A DNA stretch of 64,000 nucleotides, from NCBI GenBank assembly GCA_030704615.1, contig CM060733.1, positions 33,046,001 to 33,110,000 on the forward strand, given 5' to 3'. This document shows positions 61,427-64,000 of this stretch, piece by piece; within the stretch, counting starts at the first letter, position 1; each line of letters begins with the position of its first letter. Under the pieces are notes generated by a model, which saw only the letters and a list, made by a program, of their open reading frames with translations, ran no database searches and was not told where the DNA came from. The position numbers were made by a program, and so were the translations under genes. Source of the DNA: Takakia lepidozioides. Lineage: Eukaryota > Plantae > Bryophyta.

Positions 61427-64000
61427 CACTAGAAGAAAAACGTGGAATAACCACTCTATTAACCACTCATTATGAGTGGTAAAAGACACTAAACCACTAT
61501 GGCCCCAGAGTGATGAAGAACCAGTGGATTAGGACAAGTGAGTGGTAAAAGACATTACGTGGCACTAGTGGTTAAGGACAGTGGTTCAAACCACTCACGT
61601 TCGGGTCCACCTGTTAGCTGATGTGTCACAGTGGTAAATTAACCACTGTGACATGTCAATGACGTGTCACAGAGGTAAACTAACCACTTATGACGTGTCA
61701 CAGTGGTAAACTGACGTGTCATAGTGGTAAAGTAATGACTTCCGTTTTGAAGTGGACACGTATAAGCCGGTGGTCCGTGGATGATATTGGAGATTATGTC
61801 AACACGTGGCGAGACTCTCAGCATGGACACGTGTCGTGTATCAGTGCTACGAAATGGATGGAGTGAAAAATTCAATGACTTCCGAAACCACTCGTTGAGT
61901 GATCACGAAATGACTCATATAGTCATTCTATGAAAATTGAGAATATACAATATCATTCACAGCGTGGTTATGTGAGTGGATGACGTCTCTCAGCAGGTCG
62001 TTGGAATGATTACCCACAAAGTGGTATGTAAGCTGTTTGAGTCATCCATGGTGTCTCTCTGAGTGGGAACTATGGATTGGAGTGATTACTAACAGAGTGA
62101 TGTGTAAGTGATTAGGAATACCACTTGAGGAATCCATACCACTAATACAGTAATATATAGGTGATTACTTATACCACTATACGATTGGTAATGTGGGCAA
62201 TTGTGTGCATTTGGCTACTCCCACAGTTTTAAATTATACCACTATTACAGTGATGTGCAAGTGATTAGGAACATGACTAGAGGAACACATACCACTAGTG
62301 TAGTGAAAGAAGTACCATTGGGGATTCAAGCTCCACAAAATAGAATAGAATCCCAGAGAATAAGTGTTGGAACACTGTCAACAAAATCCAGCCATGATAA
62401 AAGTTTGAGCCTAACTTCTACACGGCGTCTCTGCATGCATGCTAGGAACACTGAACTGCTTTCTTGCCTTCTTCTCACTACCAGCAATGTCTATGCCCGG
62501 GCGAATGAAATTCTAAGCCCTCTTCATGTTCTTCTTTGGCCAAAGACAATTCAGACCGACGACATCCTCCAACATTGGTTGCGGTGGGACCTCTTCCTCG
62601 TTAGGGTGAGGCAAGACACAATTGGCAATATAGATATCATTCACCTCAACCCGCCACAATCCTTCAGGTATAACACGGCGGGCAGTGATATGTGTCTTTG
62701 CAGTGACAATTCCACTAGCAGCCCTGTGTCGTGGTACATGAGGATCATACAGGCTGATTTTGTCCTTCAACTTAAACTGCACACAGCACCCACCATAAAA
62801 CCCACATTAATCAACCCATGAAGACTTACATGTACATTGAAAACTGGATAATGAGGACCGTCCAGTATAAGCAATCACTCAAAGTGTAGAGTACTTTTGG
62901 TAGCATAAGAATATCTGCCATTGCGGCAGGGGGTTGATATTTGGGGGTTGCCTTTGAAGGCGCCGTAGTTGGTGCACTGTTGGTGGCAATATCAAGAGTG
63001 GCTTTCTCAGCCTGCAAACATCACGCCCAACACCCCTTAGCAGTTACATTTAGCAATGCATCTACTAATAGTTTGAAGTACCCAACATGTAAATGGCCAT
63101 ATTGTACAGAACTGATAGCCAACAGGTGCATGCATGCTCACCTCTAGTACGGAAACTGCTGCATAGAGAGGTGCCTCCTAAAGGCCCACCTAACTCTTAC
63201 TCCCGCTAGAACTTGGTGTTATGTCACCATTTGCATCAGTCAAAGGACTTTGTGCCTTTGGCAGCAGTGGCTCTGGTTACACGCTCTCCTTTTCGCATGT
63301 ACTTCTTCTCAGCTCCCTTCACGATGGCTGGGGCAGGGTCCTCCGCAGCCCTTCTGTGCATGCCCCGCAAGCATCGCACTCCACGACACCACATCTCGTT
63401 CAGCCATAGTGTTGAACACTCCCTTGGCATCCTCGATGCACCCACATTTGGCATACATGTCCACCAGGGCAGGGCCGGGGCAGTGTTCAGAATGACATCT
63501 GGTAATCTGACAAACATTCTCCTTTTAGAATTGTTCCAGCAAATGCCCCAACCCTACTTACTTAGAGGCTGTAGTGTCCAAAGCCATGTCCATTTCCAGA
63601 AAATTGTCTGATGAAAATGAAATTAGGCAGAAAACTTCCCTGGACTTGTTTCCAGTCTGTGACATGGGGGAGGACATCATGGATGACCTCAAGGGTCTAC
63701 CCACTCTCGGCACCAGACTGAAATTTAAACTAAGGGCAGGAATCCTACCTTTGAATAGCAAACAAAAGTAGAGAGGAAAGGGAGAGTGCAATTGCACCCC
63801 ACTCAACTTATCACACTAGTTCCTATGGTCAATTGCATATGCTACACTCTGTAATCTGACAGGCATTCACCTTTTTGCCTCGGTTGTCCCACCAGTTACT
63901 GGGGTCAGAAAAGTATTCATCCCACAGCTTCTTCTCATATCTGTTACCTGTTTTTGGATACTTAGGGATGACTCTGATAGCAGGGGAATTCACGGTGAAA
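61427..64000 (-). mobile_element. CACTA element end with TnpA-like gene 3' exons; extends beyond the window
   Basis: CACTAGAAGAAAA terminus at 61427; many AACCACT/AGTGGT subterminal repeats. ORF 62513-62782 (IPEGLWRVEV..LPHP..LEDVVGLNCLWP) resembles the Tnp1/En/Spm C-terminal domain. Confidence 0.8.

Overview
Intron-rich, transposon-dense plant nuclear DNA, most likely from a non-flowering land plant (inferred from a KCC-like CCC2-type transporter and PLS/E-class PPR relics). There are two host genes: an O-fucosyltransferase-family gene (+, ~14.5-19.5 kb) and a cation-chloride cotransporter (-, ~23.9-33.0 kb). The rest is nested mobile elements. (1) A 17.5-kb Mutator-like element (39603-57080; imperfect TIRs, 9-bp TSD) sits in the intron of another MULE transposase. 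It carries a GCM-like/DDE/SWIM transposase, a small conserved divergent ORF, about 15 copies of a 24-bp palindrome, and a multi-exon gene joining a ParB/Srx-like domain to a beta-class amino (N4/N6) DNA-methyltransferase-like domain. That gene is now broken by a CACTA MITE, a Ty3/gypsy and a third insert. A diverged sister transposase lies at 2.6-6.2 kb and a ParB relic at 21.4-21.8 kb. (2) A deleted LTR retrotransposon (7.9-12.9 kb) has its gag joined to a C5-cytosine methyltransferase. Also present: a LINE with TSD, a second CACTA end, a Crypton-like fragment, satellites and hairpins. All domain calls come from motif recognition by eye; no searches were run.
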